A stretch of 24,624 nucleotides of DNA. Origin: a virus. Lineage: Duplodnaviria > Caudoviricetes. Where the stretch lies: positions 1 to 24,624 of IMG/VR virus record IMGVR_UViG_3300033562_002188; one strand, 5' to 3'. Made by a program: the position numbers and the translations under genes. The notes beneath the pieces were generated by a model that was not told where the DNA came from, did no database searches, and saw only the letters and a program-made list of their open reading frames with translations. Positions 6,904 to 16,432 of this stretch are shown here, one piece after another; the first letter of the stretch is position 1; every line of letters begins with the position of its first letter.

Positions 6904-8472
6904 TTAATATCGTTTTTTATTAACTCGCCTTGCACCAAAATGGTATGCTTCAGCGGGGTTGATTATTTTGTTGTCGATTACCCATTTTCCACCCTCAACC
7001 GCATCCGGACCATCAGCTGGGGCGCTCAAATTAGGATTGACAGCTTCAAACTGCTCAAGAAGTCGTTGCATGTGAGGGTTACCTTTTTCATCTTCATTGA
7101 AAATGAGGATTGATTTTCTTGTAAGGGGTTCCAGACCAGCCTCTATTCTTGCGAATTTGTCGGGCTTTTTACGATCATCTCCAGAGATTGGGATAGTAAT
7201 GCCGGTTTCTTTGCTTTTATTAAAAAACAAGGGCATAAAGACTTGCTCAAAAAACGGATCCTGCAGCGAATTATTTTCCATATAGTAGTAGACAACTGTC
7301 TTGTCTCCCACATATGCCTTGATGTCATAAAACCAATTAATAAACGTATCGTTGCTGCAGTTTTCAACGAATGCTGTTATTATGTAATACTTCCCTTCCA
7401 ATAAGCCTATTAAAATCAGAGCTTTTGTTGACCTTCCTTTTTTGTCTTTGTTGGATGTCGCCGGGTCACCATAAGCTACAAGATATCTGAACTTATTAAG
7501 AGGAGGACATTTGGCGTACGTGAGGTTCTTAAAGACTTCTCCAACGTTTGTCGGGTTGTTGTAAAATTCCTTCTGCGCGGCAATAAAGGAAATGATTGAC
7601 ATCATAAAGTCAATGTCTTCCTCTTTGTTTTTCTCCGGCCAAACAGACTTTCCTTGCTCAAAATCAACAACCGGGTTGAATTTTTTGACGTTTACCATGC
7701 GTATATTAACCCTATCCCAGTACATTGCCTTTTTACCGGCCTCAGTGATGCAGCAATATTTTGCTATTACATTCCCGCAAAACAATATCCTGACCTTCTC
7801 AGATGGGTCTATAGATGGTATAAGCGCCTCCTCAACCCAGGACCACTTAACTTTTATACGCTCCGGATTGCGGCACTCTTCGTCCGTGTCGATATCATCA
7901 ATTAAAATAAAGTCCGGACGTTTGTTTTTGTTACGTGTCCCCCGGGGGCTTTGACCGGCACCCAGCGCGCGAAAACTAACACCCTGCTTTGTTACAAATT
8001 CCCCCGTCTCCCACTGCCCAACCGAAATCTGCTCCCCGTAGTCTTGTATGATTCTTCTGTTTGCCTCAAGGTTGATTTTAAATGGCAACAATAAGCGCTC
8101 AGCATTGTCGTATGAGTTTGATATCAGCAAGATATTGCTTATCTCTCCAGTAAGACTAAGCTTTAATACTTCCATCATTGCTCTTGTGCTCTTGGCGAGT
8201 GATCTCGCCCAGGAACGAACCTCGTACCAACGAGAATTTTCAAATAGACGTTTTGACGCCGCAATTTGAAATCCTGCCGGAGGAGAAGTACAATAGTTAG
8301 GGAAATAGTAAGCAAACCACGCTTCATTATCAGCCTCAAGAGCGGCCTTTCTTTTTATCCGATCGTGTTCGTCCTCGTCCGGGTCAACGGCTATATCCTG
8401 GATAAAAGAGCGCAGATACTCTTCCCAGTCTTTTAAGGCGACCTTATCCGATATTTTAGGCGGTTTTTTCAT
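6904..8472 (-). CDS. terL: Terminase large subunit (Mu gp28-like)
   Basis: Walker A-like WARSLAKST, Walker B RPDFILIDD, nuclease YGDPA and DGPDAVEG; ATG at 8472 overlaps the upstream stop (TAATG). Confidence 0.9.
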   Translation of the reverse strand: MKKPPKISDKVALKDWEEYLRSFIQDIAVDPDEDEHDRIKRKAALEADNEAWFAYYFPNYCTSPPAGFQIAASKRLFENSRWYEVRSWARSLAKSTRAMMEVLKLSLTGEISNILLISNSYDNAERLLLPFKINLEANRRIIQDYGEQISVGQWETGEFVTKQGVSFRALGAGQSPRGTRNKNKRPDFILIDDIDTDEECRNPERIKVKWSWVEEALIPSIDPSEKVRILFCGNVIAKYCCITEAGKKAMYWDRVNIRMVNVKKFNPVVDFEQGKSVWPEKNKEEDIDFMMSIISFIAAQKEFYNNPTNVGEVFKNLTYAKCPPLNKFRYLVAYGDPATSNKDKKGRSTKALILIGLLEGKYYIITAFVENCSNDTFINWFYDIKAYVGDKTVVYYYMENNSLQDPFFEQVFMPLFFNKSKETGITIPISGDDRKKPDKFARIEAGLEPLTRKSILIFNEDEKGNPHMQRLLEQFEAVNPNLSAPADGPDAVEGGKWVIDNKIINPAEAYHFGARRVNKKRY

Positions 8473-8924
8473 TACAAACAAGATTTTATATAGGCGTCAA
8501 ATAATCTGGCCACGTCTTTTGAAAACTGCAGCTGTTGCGGCCCGAGCTTTCGTAAAAACTGCAGAAATGCTTTCCCCGTTTCTATCTTTTCCGCGATTGA
8601 AGTTTCTGTCTCGAGGTTACGAATGGCAGCTGTCATTTTTATTAGTGTGTCTGCCTCCTTGTTGGTTGGATACGGCGATGCCTTCCTGTCCCGGATAGCC
8701 TGGTTGAAATTGTCAAGTGAGTTGTACAGCATGGACAGCTGCTCGGCCTTTGAGGTTAGAAGTGACTTTTGCATTTCCTTCCAGCCTTCCTGATTTATCC
8801 ACTTGTTAACAGATACTACAGACGTACCTACACGCGCAGCAATTTCTTTTTGCGGAAGTCCCGGCTCTTGAAAATATATAAGCCTGGCAAACTCTTTTTT
8901 TTGCTCTCTTGAAATGTCGCCCAT
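8472..8924 (-). CDS. Terminase small subunit-like HTH protein
   Basis: N-terminal HTH (QKEIAARVGTSVVSVNKWINQEGW); first gene of the operon, coupled to terL. Confidence 0.75.
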   Translation of the reverse strand: MGDISREQKKEFARLIYFQEPGLPQKEIAARVGTSVVSVNKWINQEGWKEMQKSLLTSKAEQLSMLYNSLDNFNQAIRDRKASPYPTNKEADTLIKMTAAIRNLETETSIAEKIETGKAFLQFLRKLGPQQLQFSKDVARLFDAYIKSCL

Positions 8925-8937
8925 GATTTTTTTGTTA

Positions 8938-9026
8938 CAAAATTGACCCGTGGGCGCGGGTTATTAAAAAAGAGTGTGAAGGTATTACACTCTTTTTGTG
9001 TGGGGGAGCCTCTTTTTCAAATTTTG
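8938..9026. promoter_or_regulatory. Divergent late promoter region with central dyad
   Basis: AAAAAGAGTGT-N9-ACACTCTTTTT (8967-8997) flanked symmetrically by CAATTTTG (minus, 8945-8938) and AAATTTTG (plus, 9019-9026). Confidence 0.65.
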
Positions 9027-9041
9027 TGAAAAATAAAAGAG

Positions 9042-10043
9042 ATGGCAAAAACGTTCGTGCTTTCGGATGAGAACCTAAATTCATACGGTTTCTGGATAAA
9101 TACAGCCGGAATCGATCTTAAGCAATTCAAAAATAATCCGCTTGTTTTGTGGATGCACATGCGCCCTTGGCGCGGTACCAAGGATGAGATCTTGCCAATC
9201 GGTACGATCGAAAACCTCAGAATAGAGGGGAAACGCCTACTTGGCGAAGTTACATTCGATACGAATGACACATTTGCCCGTGCCATATCTGACAAAGTCG
9301 ACGGAGGCTTTCTCCGAATGGGATCAATAAGTTTCTTGCCTATCGAAACCTCCAGGGATGAGAAATGGCTCAAGCCGGGACAAACCCGTGAAACGGTAGT
9401 TAAATGCCGTTTGATTGAATTTTCAATAGTAGACATCGGGTCAAACGATAACTCACTAGCTCTATGCGCTGATCCGGTAGTTTGCGATACTGAGCAAAAG
9501 CCGGTAACACTAAGCAACAACGCAGAGTGCCCTGTTAAACTCTTAGGCACAATCAACAATACAAATACTGACAACATGGAGAAAATTGCATTAAAGCTCG
9601 GACTTAAGTCTAACGCGACTGAAGCCGAAATTTTGGAGGCTATGGAAATTCAGCTTGAAAAAGCGGGACGTGCCGACAGCCTTACCCTGAAACTGTCCAC
9701 AATTGAGAAGGACAAAAAAGATGCTCAAAAAGCAGAAGCCATCAAGTTGGTTGATGCTGCAATTCTTGCTGGGAAAATAGACGCTAAGGCGAAAGATTCT
9801 CAGCTCACATTATTCGAAAAAGACTTCGACGCTGCAAAGCTGTCGCTTGAGTCTATTGCAGATCGTCCCGACGTGCAGGGCAATTTCGGTAAAGGCGGTA
9901 AAGGCGACTTCGTCGAGCTTGAGAAGCTGTCTTTTAATGAGATGGACAAGAAGGGTCTGTTGGGTAAGGTTAAATCAACCTATCCGGACCTGTACAAACT
10001 GAAATTCAAAGAGGAATTCGGATCGGAACCTACAAGCAAGTAG
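9042..10043 (+). CDS. Prohead protease / scaffold protein (Mu gpI-like)
   Basis: NPLVLWMH, GFLRMGSISF, LIEFSIVDIGSN protease motifs; helical Ala/Lys/Glu-rich C-terminal half. Confidence 0.85.
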   Translation: MAKTFVLSDENLNSYGFWINTAGIDLKQFKNNPLVLWMHMRPWRGTKDEILPIGTIENLRIEGKRLLGEVTFDTNDTFARAISDKVDGGFLRMGSISFLPIETSRDEKWLKPGQTRETVVKCRLIEFSIVDIGSNDNSLALCADPVVCDTEQKPVTLSNNAECPVKLLGTINNTNTDNMEKIALKLGLKSNATEAEILEAMEIQLEKAGRADSLTLKLSTIEKDKKDAQKAEAIKLVDAAILAGKIDAKAKDSQLTLFEKDFDAAKLSLESIADRPDVQGNFGKGGKGDFVELEKLSFNEMDKKGLLGKVKSTYPDLYKLKFKEEFGSEPTSK

Positions 10044-10082
10044 GAATTTCATTGAAACATTAATTATTTAATTTTTATAAAA

Positions 10083-11135
10083 ATGGCTGTTGAAAAAGAA
10101 ATTTGGAAAAAGGATATCGTAGAGGCACTGTATGCCGCGAATCCTCACCTGGCATTCGCAGTAAATGCGGATGATCTTGTATTAGCGGGCAAGGTTGTGC
10201 ACATCCCACAAGCGGGATCATCACCGTCCGTAACTAAAAATCGTGCCGTATTCCCTGCTGCTGCAGTGAGACGTACGGATACTGATGTCACCTACAATCT
10301 GGACGAGTATTCATCTTCGCCGGTGCATATTCAAGATGCAGAAAAGGTTGAGACCTCTTACAACAAACGCGACAGTGTTCTGAAAGACACAAAGAACGTA
10401 TTGGCCGACGCAGTCGGTGTTGATGCGTTTTTTAAATGGTTCCCTGCAGGTGGTACTATCATCCGCACAACCGGATCGGCATTTGTCGACATAGTTGCAG
10501 CACACCTTGACGCCGCTACAGGATTGCGTAGAGCGTTTAAAATGTCTGATGTAAAAAAGGCAGCAAAGCAATTCAACAACTGGAATATCCCAGCTGAAGG
10601 CCGCTTCCTGATGATTGATGCGGAGATGTACGACCAGCTCACAAACGACATGACGGCAAACCAGCAGCGCGATTTCTTAGCCGCCTATGATGCAACCACC
10701 GGTGTCGTTGGTAAGCTTTTCGGATTTAACATTATGCAGCGCTCAATCGTATTGAGGCTTTTGGCAGATGCCGCTGTGGATCCTACTGCAGCCGGCGCGG
10801 CCACACATTGTGGAGCAGCAATCGCCTGGCATAAGGATTCTGTTGAGCGTGCACTTGGAGAAGTAAAATTCTTCGAAAACACCGACGACGCCCTGAATTA
10901 TGGTGACATCTACTCTGCCCTTGTACGCTTCGGCGGAAGACCGCGCAGGTCAGACATGAAAGGTGTACTTCTGTTAGGTCAGACAAACATCCCTGTAGCT
11001 GCCTGGGCCGCTGCAACTGATTATTTTGCTGGCGACATTAAGTCAAACGGAGGTAAAACATACTACGCTCTTGAGAACATGACTTCCTCTGCAGCTTTTG
11101 CTACAGATGCCCTGAAGTGGAAAGTAATAGAGTAG
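10083..11135 (+). CDS. Major capsid protein with C-terminal CBM5/12-like module
   Basis: 350 aa after the protease; HK97-like features (GKVVHIPQAG, IPAEGRFLMID, GVVGKLFGFNI); tail WAAATDYFAGDIKSNGGKTYYA. Confidence 0.8.
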   Translation: MAVEKEIWKKDIVEALYAANPHLAFAVNADDLVLAGKVVHIPQAGSSPSVTKNRAVFPAAAVRRTDTDVTYNLDEYSSSPVHIQDAEKVETSYNKRDSVLKDTKNVLADAVGVDAFFKWFPAGGTIIRTTGSAFVDIVAAHLDAATGLRRAFKMSDVKKAAKQFNNWNIPAEGRFLMIDAEMYDQLTNDMTANQQRDFLAAYDATTGVVGKLFGFNIMQRSIVLRLLADAAVDPTAAGAATHCGAAIAWHKDSVERALGEVKFFENTDDALNYGDIYSALVRFGGRPRRSDMKGVLLLGQTNIPVAAWAAATDYFAGDIKSNGGKTYYALENMTSSAAFATDALKWKVIE

Positions 11136-11151
11136 TCAACCCTAAGAGTCA

Positions 11152-11601
11152 ATGAAAATAAGTCAGCCGGGGATACAATTGATAAAGGAATCTGAGGGCC
11201 TGCGTTTGCAGGCCTACAGATGTCCCGCTGGTGTCTGGACAATTGGCTATGGCCACACTAAAACAGCTCGCCCGGGAATGATAATTACCCCGGCTCAGGC
11301 AGAAGCGCTTTTTCAAGCAGACTGCAGAGATGTAGAGCTCGTTTTAAACACATCGGGTCTAAGACTTAACCAGAATCAGTTTGACGCCCTTGCCGACTTC
11401 GTTTTCAACTTCGGGGCAACTAAGTTTCGCGCGGCCACATTTGTAAAAATTGCACGGGCAAACCCGGACGATCAACGCATCGCCTTTGAACTGCGTAGGT
11501 GGAACAAGGCAACGAATCCGCAGGGAATTTTAATAGTTAAGTCTGGGCTTGTAGCCAGGCGGGAGAAGGAAATAGCCCTTTATTTTAAACCATTATTTTA
11601 A
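11152..11601 (+). CDS. Endolysin, GH24 phage lysozyme
   Basis: ESEGLRLQAYRCPAGVWTIGYGHT, LNQNQFDAL.DFVFNFG, GLVARREKE. Confidence 0.95.
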   Translation: MKISQPGIQLIKESEGLRLQAYRCPAGVWTIGYGHTKTARPGMIITPAQAEALFQADCRDVELVLNTSGLRLNQNQFDALADFVFNFGATKFRAATFVKIARANPDDQRIAFELRRWNKATNPQGILIVKSGLVARREKEIALYFKPLF

Positions 11602-11607
11602 TTACAC

Positions 11608-11979
11608 ATGGAGAATTACGTTGACTGGGGTACAATAATCGGCTATTGCTTGACACCAATTGCGGGTGTTGCCTCATATTTTGCCGGCAAAAAAACGCGT
11701 AAAAACGACTTCCTGCAGCAGCTGCAAAGTTCGATAGACATGCTTGTAGAAAAAAACAACACTCTTTTGCAGGAGTTAATCACCGTTAAGGGTCAAAACG
11801 CGGAATTAAAGGTGGGCATGAATAAGCTGTCGCTTGAGAATAAGGGCCTCAAAGAGGGATTTAATCGGTTGACTGAGGAGAACGGTGTTCTCAGCAAACA
11901 GGTCGAATATCTGACTACTCAATTAGAGAACGTAAGAGTAATAACCAAAATCGAAAAACAACCTAATGCACAAGTTTAA
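11608..11979 (+). CDS. Membrane-anchored coiled-coil protein (holin/lysis accessory candidate)
   Basis: One N-terminal hydrophobic helix followed by heptad repeats; between endolysin and lipoprotein. Confidence 0.5.
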   Translation: MENYVDWGTIIGYCLTPIAGVASYFAGKKTRKNDFLQQLQSSIDMLVEKNNTLLQELITVKGQNAELKVGMNKLSLENKGLKEGFNRLTEENGVLSKQVEYLTTQLENVRVITKIEKQPNAQV

Positions 11980-12457
11980 ACACTGTTTAATCGTTCTTTT
12001 AATAGCCCTTCTCGCGCTTTCGTGCTCGAGGAAACTCGCGCCCCCGGAACTCACCCGGAGTGATTCGCTTGTAACAACAAACACGACTGAGCGCTTAAGA
12101 GATACAGTAGTCGTACTCGCCCCGGACTCCTCACTCGTGAGGGCACTTCTCGAATGTGATTCGAGCAACCGTGTACGAATTAACTCAATCTTGAGCTACA
12201 AGCCAGGCGTTGATCTGCAGCCTCCCAGGTTGTCAATAAAGAATAACGTTTTAACGGCAACCGCGAATATGGCGGAACGCAAATTACTTATTTACTACAA
12301 AGAACGCTACTACGAGTTAATACGAAATCAATCAAAGGTCTTTACCAAAACTGTAGAGGTTCACAAACTCTACTGGTATCAAAAAACGCTCATATACACT
12401 GGTATTGCGGCGCTTGCTTATATGTTGTTATTATTAATCATTAAAAAAATATTTTAA
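11966..12457 (+). CDS. Lipoprotein with C-terminal TM helix (unimolecular spanin candidate)
   Basis: Signal peptide with lipobox LALSC; C-terminal LIYTGIAALAYMLLLLIIKK; located in the lysis cassette. Confidence 0.65.
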   Translation: MHKFKHCLIVLLIALLALSCSRKLAPPELTRSDSLVTTNTTERLRDTVVVLAPDSSLVRALLECDSSNRVRINSILSYKPGVDLQPPRLSIKNNVLTATANMAERKLLIYYKERYYELIRNQSKVFTKTVEVHKLYWYQKTLIYTGIAALAYMLLLLIIKKIF

Positions 12458-12458
12458 A

Positions 12459-12908
12459 ATGGCAGAATCAGATTTGGATATCATTAACGGTAGTGATGTG
12501 CTGGTGCACATCAATACAGGTACAGTGTTGGTTCCGGTATGGAAACCGGTAGCACACCAAACTTCATGCTCAATTTCAAACTCTTCCACTACAAAAGAGC
12601 GCGTTAAAAAGAGTACCGGATTGTGGAAGGGTAAAAAGGTTACCGGGCTTGCTGTTACAATCAAGTGTGACGCTCTTGCTTCTTATGATGCCGATGGCGG
12701 ATATGATGCGCTTAATGCCCTATGGAAATCTGCAGCGGAACTTCTGATAAAGTATTCCGGAGCGGAAGTCGCTGGCAAAAAGTATGAGGAAGGTCTGTTC
12801 GTGATTACCTCTCTCGAGAGAAACGACCCTGCTCAGGACGATTCGACAATGTCGGTCTCATTTGAAAATTCAGGCGAAGTAGAAACTAAAACAGTTGCGG
12901 GGGCCTAA
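12459..12908 (+). CDS. Major tail tube protein (siphovirus type)
   Basis: 149 aa beta-rich; INGSDVLV, VAHQTSCSIS, YEEGLFVITSLE, STMSVSFENSGEV; precedes chaperones and tape measure. Confidence 0.85.
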   Translation: MAESDLDIINGSDVLVHINTGTVLVPVWKPVAHQTSCSISNSSTTKERVKKSTGLWKGKKVTGLAVTIKCDALASYDADGGYDALNALWKSAAELLIKYSGAEVAGKKYEEGLFVITSLERNDPAQDDSTMSVSFENSGEVETKTVAGA

Positions 12909-12910
12909 TC

Positions 12911-13213
12911 ATGAAAACAATTAAAATCGGGCAAAAGGAATATCCCGTTCGCGTGACAATGGGGACTATTCGGGAGTTCAAAAAACTGACCGGCAAAGAA
13001 GTCGAGCAGATTCAAGGCTCGTCAGAGGTAGGGGAGTTTCTGTACGCCTGTACAATCTCTGCCTGCAGGGCCGAAAAAGTCGAGTTTACCTTAGGGGTAG
13101 ATGACTTTGTCGATCAGCTTGAGTTCGGGCCGTCAGCCGACTTATTTACCTCTCTTTTAGAGGAGGCGGGGATGTCGGCAAATGCCCAGCCGGAAAAAAA
13201 AAGCAAGAGGTAA
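12911..13213 (+). CDS. Tail assembly chaperone (lambda G-like)
   Basis: 100 aa between tube and tape measure; ends in an A9 slippery run. Confidence 0.75.
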   Translation: MKTIKIGQKEYPVRVTMGTIREFKKLTGKEVEQIQGSSEVGEFLYACTISACRAEKVEFTLGVDDFVDQLEFGPSADLFTSLLEEAGMSANAQPEKKSKR

Positions 13214-13554
13214 AAACAATTGATCAAATACTGGGTATCGGGTTAGGCGTGATTGGACTGAGTCTCTCAGATTTTTGCGAGCTAACCCCCCCAGAGTTTG
13301 AGCAAGTGTGCGTAGCTTATGAAGATCATAAGCTAAACGAGTATCAGGCGACTCACAGAAATGCCTGGGAAAGAATGAGATTTTTGGCCTTGTATTTTTT
13401 GCTGCCATACAGTAATAAGAAGAATATGAAAGCAAAAGATATAGCCGTGTTTGAGTGGGAAGAGACGAGGCCTCTCAAAAGTGGAGAGATAAACAAGAAA
13501 GAAAATTCGAAAGAAGCGTTCCTGTCTGCTGTAGAAAAATTCAATAATAAGTAA
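13193..13554 (+). CDS. Tail assembly chaperone extension (lambda T-like), reached by -1 frameshift
   Basis: The -1 frame from G-AAAAAAAAA-G (13193-13203) reads KKQEVKTIDQILGIGLGVIGLSLSDFCELTPPEF... to the stop at 13554. Confidence 0.75.
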
Positions 13555-13555
13555 G

Positions 13556-16432
13556 ATGGCTAATCAGGTAGTATTTAATATAACATTCGCCGGCAATGCG
13601 GCCACCTTCACCTCTCAGCTTTCGAGCCAAATGGGAGGATTGCAGGCGGCAACAAATAAGGCTACCGGAGCATTCTCAAAATTCCAGGCAAACCTCATTT
13701 CGTTGAATCAGGGCATTCAGGTGCTTCGCGACTTGTCTGCAACATTAAGAGAAGTGTCGGAACCCGGGCTTAAGCTTAATGCTGCCATGCAGGATCTTTC
13801 TGCTATTACCGGAGTAACCGGATCCAAACTACAAGAAATTGAAAAATATGCCAGGGATGCTGCAAAGACATTTGGCGGAAGCGCAGCGCAAGGTGTTGAA
13901 TCATATAAGCTAATACTATCAAAACTAAGTTCCGAAATTGCTAAGGTACCGGCCGCATTGAGCGCGATGGGGCAGAGCGCCATGACGCTCAGCAAGACTA
14001 TGGGCAATGATGTTGTTGCCGCCACACAGGTGCTGACAACAGCGATGAATCAGTACCAGGTTTCCTTGGACGACCCCCTTAAGGCCTCCGGCGCAATGGC
14101 GGAAATGATGAACATCATGGCAGCTGCCGCCAGAGAGGGATCTGCAGAGTTGCCCGAAATACAAACGGCTCTTGAACAGGCCGGAATGGCCGCCAAGATG
14201 GCCGGGGTCTCATTTGCAGAAACGAACGCCGCCATTCAGGTGCTCGACAAAGCAGGGAAAAAGGGTGCCGAGGGAGGTGTGGCAATCAGAAACGTACTGG
14301 CTACTTTATCTGAAGGACGTTTCCTACCTAAAGAAGTCATATCTGAACTGAACGCTGCCGGCGTATCAATAGAAACCCTTGCCGATAAAACATTACCTTT
14401 TGCAGAAAGGTTAGCAGAGCTAAAGAAAATAATAGGTGACTCGGCCCTCATCACAAAACTATTCGGAAAAGAAAACTCCAATGCCGCTTTGGCTCTTATC
14501 AGTGGAATCCCACTGATGAATCAATATACTGTAGCAATTCAGGGCACTAAATCTGCCGAGGAACAGGCGGCTGTAGTGATGCAGTCAAAAGAACAACAAC
14601 TGGCGCGGATAAAAGCTAAAATTGACGATTATAAAATATCAATATTCAATCTGACCGGGAACATGCTTCCCTTTGCAGAGATTGCCACAAGTGCACTCGT
14701 TCCCATTTCTCAGATGATTCCCCTGATATCGGCTTTGTCTGCCGGTATAAAGGCTTTTAGTTTTACGGGTATAATTGCCGGCTTTGCGTCATTTAAAATT
14801 GCGGCTATAGCCTCCTGTAGGGCCGTAGGGGTGGCAATAATGTCTATCCCCGTCTTTGGCTGGATTGCTGCCGCACTTGCAGCTTTGGGAGCCGCGGCAG
14901 TGTGGGCGTGGAATAAGTTTGAGGGTTTTCGAAAGACTGTTCTGGGCGTATGGGAGGTAATTAAGCTGTTTGGCGAAACACTGTATAACTCCGTCCTGGG
15001 AACTATCAAAAGTATTATCTCCGGACTGGGCAGCCTGGGAAGTGCCCTTTTAAAACTGTTTAAGTTCGACTTTAAAGGTGCCGTACAAGAGACTAAAAAC
15101 GCTATCGCGTCCTTTTCAAAAGCAAACCCTCTCAATGTAGGTATAAGCCTGGTAACAGCTGATTATAAAGGGGCGTGGGCAAAAGGACAACAAAAGGGGG
15201 CTGAGAGTTGGGCAAAAAGAGATAAAAAGGCTCTCGACGAGGCTGGTGAGTCAGCATCTGACTACTCAGAAGAAATGAACAGAGTTTTGTTAAATACGAA
15301 TAAAGTTGCTGGCGAATCCGGAGGGCTTTCAAAGGAAATGACAAAGCTCAGGGAAAAACTCGTCTCAATAGCAAGGACAAATGAGTTATTCGGAACAGCT
15401 CAGGATGCCGTTACCGAAAAAATGGATACAGTTAAGAATGCAATAAAAGAACTCATTGAAAAAGGGTACAAAATACAGAGCAAAGAAGTTCAAAGTGCTA
15501 TAGAAATATTAAACGCTCTTCAGTCTGAAAACATAGCACTAGCACAAAGTTTTGCAGCTGTATCCTTTCAGGCAAGAATGGCAACTGACGCTATTAAAAA
15601 TTCTAAATCTGGAAAAATCAGCACACCGGATATCGGCAAAATGAAAGTTAAAAACATCAATACGGGAATTATTGCTCTAGACGAATATAGTAACTCAATT
15701 AAAAAAAACGAAACGGTTAACGGACTATTCAAAGATTCGTTTGGGATGCTTGAAGGTAATATCTCTTTGACAAAAACGGCTATCACATCACTGATAAATG
15801 ACGGATTTTCTCCCTCAAGTCGGGAGGTAAAAAAACTTATGGGCGATTTTCGTGAATACAGCAGCCAGCTAGAGGCCGTTACTACACAACAAAATATGCT
15901 TGGTAGTAGCGCTAAAGAGTCACTAAGCCTTATGGGACAAAATTTTATTACGATAGGAGAAGCGATATCTGGAGTTACGGGAAATTGGATCAGCTTTGTA
16001 GGTAAGCTATTAAGCACTATCCCTATATTGATTAATCAGGTTTCGGCATTTTCAATGGCAATTGTTGCTGGCAAGCAGGCAGAGTCTACGGCCAATGCCG
16101 GTGCCGCCATAACAGGGGCTGTTTCCGGTTCCAATACAATGCCATATCCCTTTAACCTTATCGCGATGGGGATAAGTATTGCTGCAACAATTGCAGCTTT
16201 GGCTACCTCTGTTCCAAAATTCGCAGCCGGAGGAGTTGTTTCAGGGCCAACTATGGCTCTTGTCGGAGAATACCCGGGAGCATCAAGCAACCCGGAAGTG
16301 ATCGCTCCACTCTCAAAGTTAAAAAGCATGTTAGGATCTGGAGCCATGTCAGGCGAAGTTCGTTTTGAAATAGAAGGCGACAAGCTCGTCGGTGTGTTGA
16401 ATAAATACTATAATAAAAGGAGGATGGGGTAA
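13556..16432 (+). CDS. Tape measure protein (TP901-family core)
   Basis: 958 aa Ala-rich helical; LSAITGVTG..L, AAIQVLDKAGKKGAEGG, hydrophobic segments, C-terminal PKFAAGGVVSGPT.ALVGE. Confidence 0.92.
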   Translation: MANQVVFNITFAGNAATFTSQLSSQMGGLQAATNKATGAFSKFQANLISLNQGIQVLRDLSATLREVSEPGLKLNAAMQDLSAITGVTGSKLQEIEKYARDAAKTFGGSAAQGVESYKLILSKLSSEIAKVPAALSAMGQSAMTLSKTMGNDVVAATQVLTTAMNQYQVSLDDPLKASGAMAEMMNIMAAAAREGSAELPEIQTALEQAGMAAKMAGVSFAETNAAIQVLDKAGKKGAEGGVAIRNVLATLSEGRFLPKEVISELNAAGVSIETLADKTLPFAERLAELKKIIGDSALITKLFGKENSNAALALISGIPLMNQYTVAIQGTKSAEEQAAVVMQSKEQQLARIKAKIDDYKISIFNLTGNMLPFAEIATSALVPISQMIPLISALSAGIKAFSFTGIIAGFASFKIAAIASCRAVGVAIMSIPVFGWIAAALAALGAAAVWAWNKFEGFRKTVLGVWEVIKLFGETLYNSVLGTIKSIISGLGSLGSALLKLFKFDFKGAVQETKNAIASFSKANPLNVGISLVTADYKGAWAKGQQKGAESWAKRDKKALDEAGESASDYSEEMNRVLLNTNKVAGESGGLSKEMTKLREKLVSIARTNELFGTAQDAVTEKMDTVKNAIKELIEKGYKIQSKEVQSAIEILNALQSENIALAQSFAAVSFQARMATDAIKNSKSGKISTPDIGKMKVKNINTGIIALDEYSNSIKKNETVNGLFKDSFGMLEGNISLTKTAITSLINDGFSPSSREVKKLMGDFREYSSQLEAVTTQQNMLGSSAKESLSLMGQNFITIGEAISGVTGNWISFVGKLLSTIPILINQVSAFSMAIVAGKQAESTANAGAAITGAVSGSNTMPYPFNLIAMGISIAATIAALATSVPKFAAGGVVSGPTMALVGEYPGASSNPEVIAPLSKLKSMLGSGAMSGEVRFEIEGDKLVGVLNKYYNKRRMG

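Noticed and set aside
9017-9577. 186-aa minus-strand ORF, and the other antisense ORFs inside structural genes
   Set aside because: Almost fully overlap well-supported genes on the opposite strand; composition typical of shadow frames.
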